Positions 60,104 to 64,000 of a DNA stretch of 64,000 bases are shown here, piece by piece. The notes under the pieces are model-generated. The model was not told the DNA's origin. It did not search any database and worked only from the letters and a program-made list of their open reading frames with translations. The stretch's first letter is position 1; every line of letters starts with the position of its first letter. The DNA is from Asterias rubens (Eukaryota): positions 4,092,001 to 4,156,000 of the forward strand of contig NC_047076.1 in the NCBI RefSeq assembly GCF_902459465.1, written 5' to 3'. A program made the position numbers and the translations under genes.

Positions 60104-60545
60104 AACAACCTGTTAATAATATGTTTTGTGCGGGTAGAATCTAGGACAAGTCTACGCTACCTTAAGTAGGCCTATAAACATAGCCCTTGGCAGATTGGTT
60201 TTGTTTATAAAATCCATCTGGTGTAGTGTTGTGAGGCCAAGCTTGTTGTTTACTTAAACTCATTCTTATAATTGTACCACAATTAAACATACAGTTCATT
60301 TGTCTTACCATTCAGCCAGTGACAGTGTTTTACAGAACATTGATTTTGTCATAGACAGGGGGCTGTGTTCATATTCTGAACTCTGAAGGCTCACTGATTG
60401 AAAAAGTTCAAACCAGTTGCAATCCTAAAACAAAGATGATTGAACTGTCAACATTTAGGAATATAGCATTTCTCCTGAAGATGTTGGCAGTACTGTCAAG
60501 ACCAAACCTGCTGTTTTCAGAGTCTATAGATACATGTACCCTCCC

Positions 60546-60926
60546 TTAAAGCAATGGACACTATTGGTAATTTCTCAACATAGTTATTAACATAAAACTG
60601 TAACTGGTAACAAGTAATGGGGAGCTGTTGATAGTATAAAACAAGGTGAGAAACGGCTCCCTCTGATGTAACATAGTTTTTTAGAAAGAACTAATTTTCC
60701 ACGAATTTGATTTTGAGACCTCAGATTTAGAATTTGAGGTCTCGAAATCAAGCATCTGAAAGCACACCACTTCGTGTGACAAAGGTGTTTTTTCTTTCAT
60801 TATTATCTCGCAACGAACGATTTAGCTCAAATTTTCACAGGTTTGTTATTTTATGCATATTATGTTGAGACACACCAAGTGAGAAGACTGTTCTAAGTTA
60901 ATTACTAATAGTGTCCAGTGTATTTA
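60546..60926. mobile_element. MITE family A copy
   Basis: Shared body and TIRs. Confidence 0.75.
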
Positions 60927-61209
60927 AAAGAGAATTATTACATAGTTTTATCCCCAAGTTTACTATTGTTTATAGTTTATTCTTAACAGCACTTTGTTGT
61001 GTGCCTGTAATAGGGAGATCGCCATTATGGGACTAGATAGCTCAGTTGCTTAAGCGTTCGAACATTAATCTGGAGGTTGTTAGTTCAAATCCCATAGTTC
61101 AACTCCACAGTGTGTGTCAGATTGAGAAAAAGGTCTTCTCCACAAAAACTTTCTTTTTGGAAATATGTTGGTCTGGTGCTGGTTAAACTCATTTTATCTT
61201 TTTGTCAAT

Positions 61210-61743
61210 TATAATAATAATGGTAACATTTATAAAGCGCTTTACGCCCTAACGACCCCAAAGCGCTGTAACAAGAAAAGAAAAAATATTAAAAAGATTT
61301 AAACAGAAAACGATTTGAAACTACAATAACAATATGAATGAATTTAAGAATAACTAACAATTAAAATAAAACATAAAAACCTGAGCCAGTCAGGAGTGAT
61401 TAAAAATATACACAATTTGGGTAATCTCGAAAGGTGACAATACAACTAAACACTTGACAACTATGATCATAATATAAATTATTTAAACAAATGACAATTT
61501 AAAAAGATAGGTTTTCAGAGCCTTCTTAAAATGGTTTAGTGATTTTGCAAATTTAATGTCATCGGGGAGTTTATTCCATTCTTTTGGAGCTGCAATGGAG
61601 AAAGCTCTGTCCCCATAGGAGGACAGTGATGTACGGGATGCTTGTGGAATTGTCAGTAATCCTTTGGCACTGGATCTCAAGGAGCGGGTAGGGGCATATG
61701 GATTGAGGAGATTCCTAATGTAAAAATTATCAAATATAGTCAA
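61210..61743 (-). mobile_element. 5'-truncated L2/CR1-clade LINE, 3' end
   Basis: ORF2 C-terminus YAPTRSLRSS..GDRAFSIAAPKEWNKLPDDI..SLNHFKKALKTYLF, then a 3' UTR ending AAGCGCTTTATAAAT and a (TTA)n tail. Confidence 0.85.
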
Positions 61744-61833
61744 CTACAAGGGAAACTGACTGGGTAAATTTTAAGTGATTTGGGGATTGAAAAAAAGAAG
61801 AGAACTTGACAAAAGAGTAAGAACGCAAAAATA

Positions 61834-61978
61834 GGGCTAGATAGCTCAGTTGGTAGAGCGTCGGCATGTTTTAACGTAAGCCGGAGGTTATGACACGTAG
61901 TTTGAGCCCTACTCCAGTATCTCTGTTCAACCTCAAATCATTTACAATTTACCCAGTCAGTTTCCTTTGTGGTTTATA
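61834..61978 (+). mobile_element. SINE copy (family of 54184)
   Basis: Head and shared tail. Confidence 0.68.
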
Positions 61979-62611
61979 GTGTTTGATATAATATAATATC
62001 CTATCTGAAGATGTACCAACAAATTAGAATAAGCTTTTTAAAATGTTTCTTTTGTAAATTCTGAGTGCCAATTATCCGATAGGCTTATAATGTGCATGCA
62101 AGTATTATATTTAAGTGGGCACGTATGTTTATGCAAAGCGTTTGTCTGGTCATTTTTAATGAGCATTGCCCTTTCTGCAATACATTATAATCAAAAGGGA
62201 GGCATACAATGTAGGTGAACACCACCTAATTAAAACACATGATACATTAGCGTGATTCATTACCATTACTGCTATGACTAACTACTATCTTATGTTGGTC
62301 AATTTAAATTAGTGATCTTGTTTGTCATGACGTCAACTCGTCCCATGAGCGGAACGATGTAAGACAATTTTTTTTCAGATGATCACTTGCAATTTCGAAG
62401 AAAAAGTGGAGTTGTAAAGGTTTAGTGGGTCCAATTATTTTAAATTTACCCGGGGAATGTAGAGTGTATATCTTAAAGAGGAATTCTTGCAGCATGAATG
62501 AGTGTTTTCAGTGATGGGGTAAAGACCACTAAAAGCTAAACATGTAAAAAAAAGCTCAATGATTATCAAACTCATATCATTCTTCTCCTTTCGGTTTGTG
62601 TGCCAGGTTAA

Positions 62612-62914
62612 CTTAAAGGCAGTGGACACTATTCGTAATTACTTAAAATAGTTATTAGCATAAAACATTTCTTGATTACTAGTAATGGGGAGAGGTTGAT
62701 AGTATAAAACAATGTGAGAAACAGCTCCACTCTGAAGTGACAAAGTTTTTGAGGAAGAAGTAATTTTCCACGAATTTGATTTTGAGACCTCAGATTTCGT
62801 GTGACCATGGTGCAACAAGGGTGTTTTTTTCTGTCATTATTATCTCGCAAATTCGATGACCGATTGAGCTCAATTTTTCACAAATCACAGGTTTGTTATT
62901 TTATGCATGTTGAG
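62612..62914. mobile_element. MITE family A copy, truncated
   Basis: Left TIR with TTAA; body ends at the adjacent tRNA-like element. Confidence 0.7.
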
Positions 62915-63183
62915 ATATTAATTTTGGTTTTTACCCATACACCAATGTGTGTTAGCACTGTATACTCAGTACTTTCCCGAATCCTGTGAAAAAATATCAC
63001 AGGCATGTTACTCGGGTGGGATCCGAACCCACGACCCTTGCAATTCTAGAGCAGTGTCTTACCAACTAGACTACCGAGGTTGCCCGGCAGCTAGAGGCAG
63101 TTCGAATCCTATGTTTTGGCAGCGGGTACCGCAACGATATAATAGATATTAAATTTGCATCGGGGATAAAGAATATTAATTTT
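62915..63183 (-). mobile_element. ~260-bp repeat with internal tRNA-like segment and 11-bp terminal direct repeat
   Basis: ATATTAATTTT at both ends; fragments at ~12545-12645, 27175-27400 and 30025-30230. Confidence 0.65.
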
Positions 63184-63593
63184 TAGAATTAGTTCTGTCT
63201 GACGAACTGTTACAACCGGCTGAAAAACAGGGTTCAAATTTTACACTGGACCTCATGCCTGTGCATGCTGCCAATGATTTAAATATCAGGACGGAACAAG
63301 TCCAGCGGTCTTCTGTTTTTCAAGTGAATAATAATAATACCACACTGTGTATAATCTTTAAGTTAAATAAGTTATGTTCAAATGTTGACTTTAAGTCTGA
63401 TAAGGCCTTGTTGAGCATAAAACAAACGAGTTCTATCTTCTCTCAGTGATTGATCAAAATGAAAACAGTTCACATGAAATAAACTTTTTGGAAAGTTCTT
63501 TCTCATTTATATTCTGGTCTTGAAAAATAATTCTGCTCTGGTTAAAGTTTTGCGTCACAAAGCCTGATTTGTTTTCTTAATGTTTTTATTCAG

Positions 63594-63640
63594 CGGAATG
63601 AATAAATGAATAGATGAATGAATAAATGAATGAATGAATC
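63594..63640. repeat. Imperfect (GAAT)n microsatellite
   Basis: GAATGAATAAATGAATAGATGAATGAATAAATGAATGAATGAAT. Confidence 0.8.
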
Positions 63641-63846
63641 CTCGTTAGCTTTAATAGACCATTTTATAAGCCTCCATTTGCAGCTTACTGTATTTATTGT
63701 CTATTGATGAAGGGAATTAATGGTAAGAGAAGGTTAAGTGCCTTTTTATTTTTGTATATCCAAGGTTTATTGCTTCTCCATGTAAACAAATCACAACCAG
63801 TAAATTGTTTAGATTAAAAAAAACCGTGATATTTTGATGATGTACT

Positions 63847-64000
63847 TAAAGACAGTGGACATTATTGGTAATTACTCAAAATAATTATTATCATAAAACG
63901 AGTATTCGGAAGAGGTTGATAGTATAAAACATTGTGAGAAACAGCTCCCTCTGAAGTGAAGTAGTTTTCGAGACAGAAGTAATTTTCCACGAATTTGATT
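63847..64000. mobile_element. MITE family A copy running off the window
   Basis: TTAAAGACAGTGGACATTATTGGTAA start. Confidence 0.7.

Noticed and set aside
53521-64000. Further KCNH exons
   Set aside because: No segment resembling ERG exon 3 or later was recognised; probably a long intron. A small exon could have been missed.

Overview
AT-rich, repeat-dense, intron-containing animal genomic DNA. An invertebrate deuterostome such as an echinoderm is my inference from gene and repeat style, not something proven here. I reconstructed six host genes by hand from splice sites and protein similarity: the last exon of an aquaporin-11/12-like gene (+, 1-272); complete aladin AAAS (-, 11 coding exons, 5590-15954); a head-to-head sorcin-like penta-EF-hand gene (+, 18996-28821) with a U12 intron and a possible second terminal exon; a type II membrane prolyl-4-hydroxylase-like dioxygenase (+, 33899-37505) that may carry a nonsense codon; an SLC16/MCT transporter (+, 39810-44159); and exons 1-2 of an ERG-type KCNH channel (+, 50260-53520). 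Mobile DNA includes a full-length but inactivated hAT transposon (45909-48886, 8-bp TSD), a MULE-like MITE (9-bp TSD), many TTAA-flanked MITEs, tRNA-derived SINEs, L2/CR1 LINE tails, TSD-less elements with an asymmetric inverted repeat plus long hairpin, and remnants of Penelope-type minimal hammerhead ribozymes. The most unusual signals are a 36-bp VNTR made of an amplified AAAS splice acceptor, where every upstream copy would create a stop codon, and repeated local duplications of exon boundaries in AAAS and sorcin. There is no CRISPR array or prokaryotic system. All coordinates are hand-derived; repeat boundaries are approximate.
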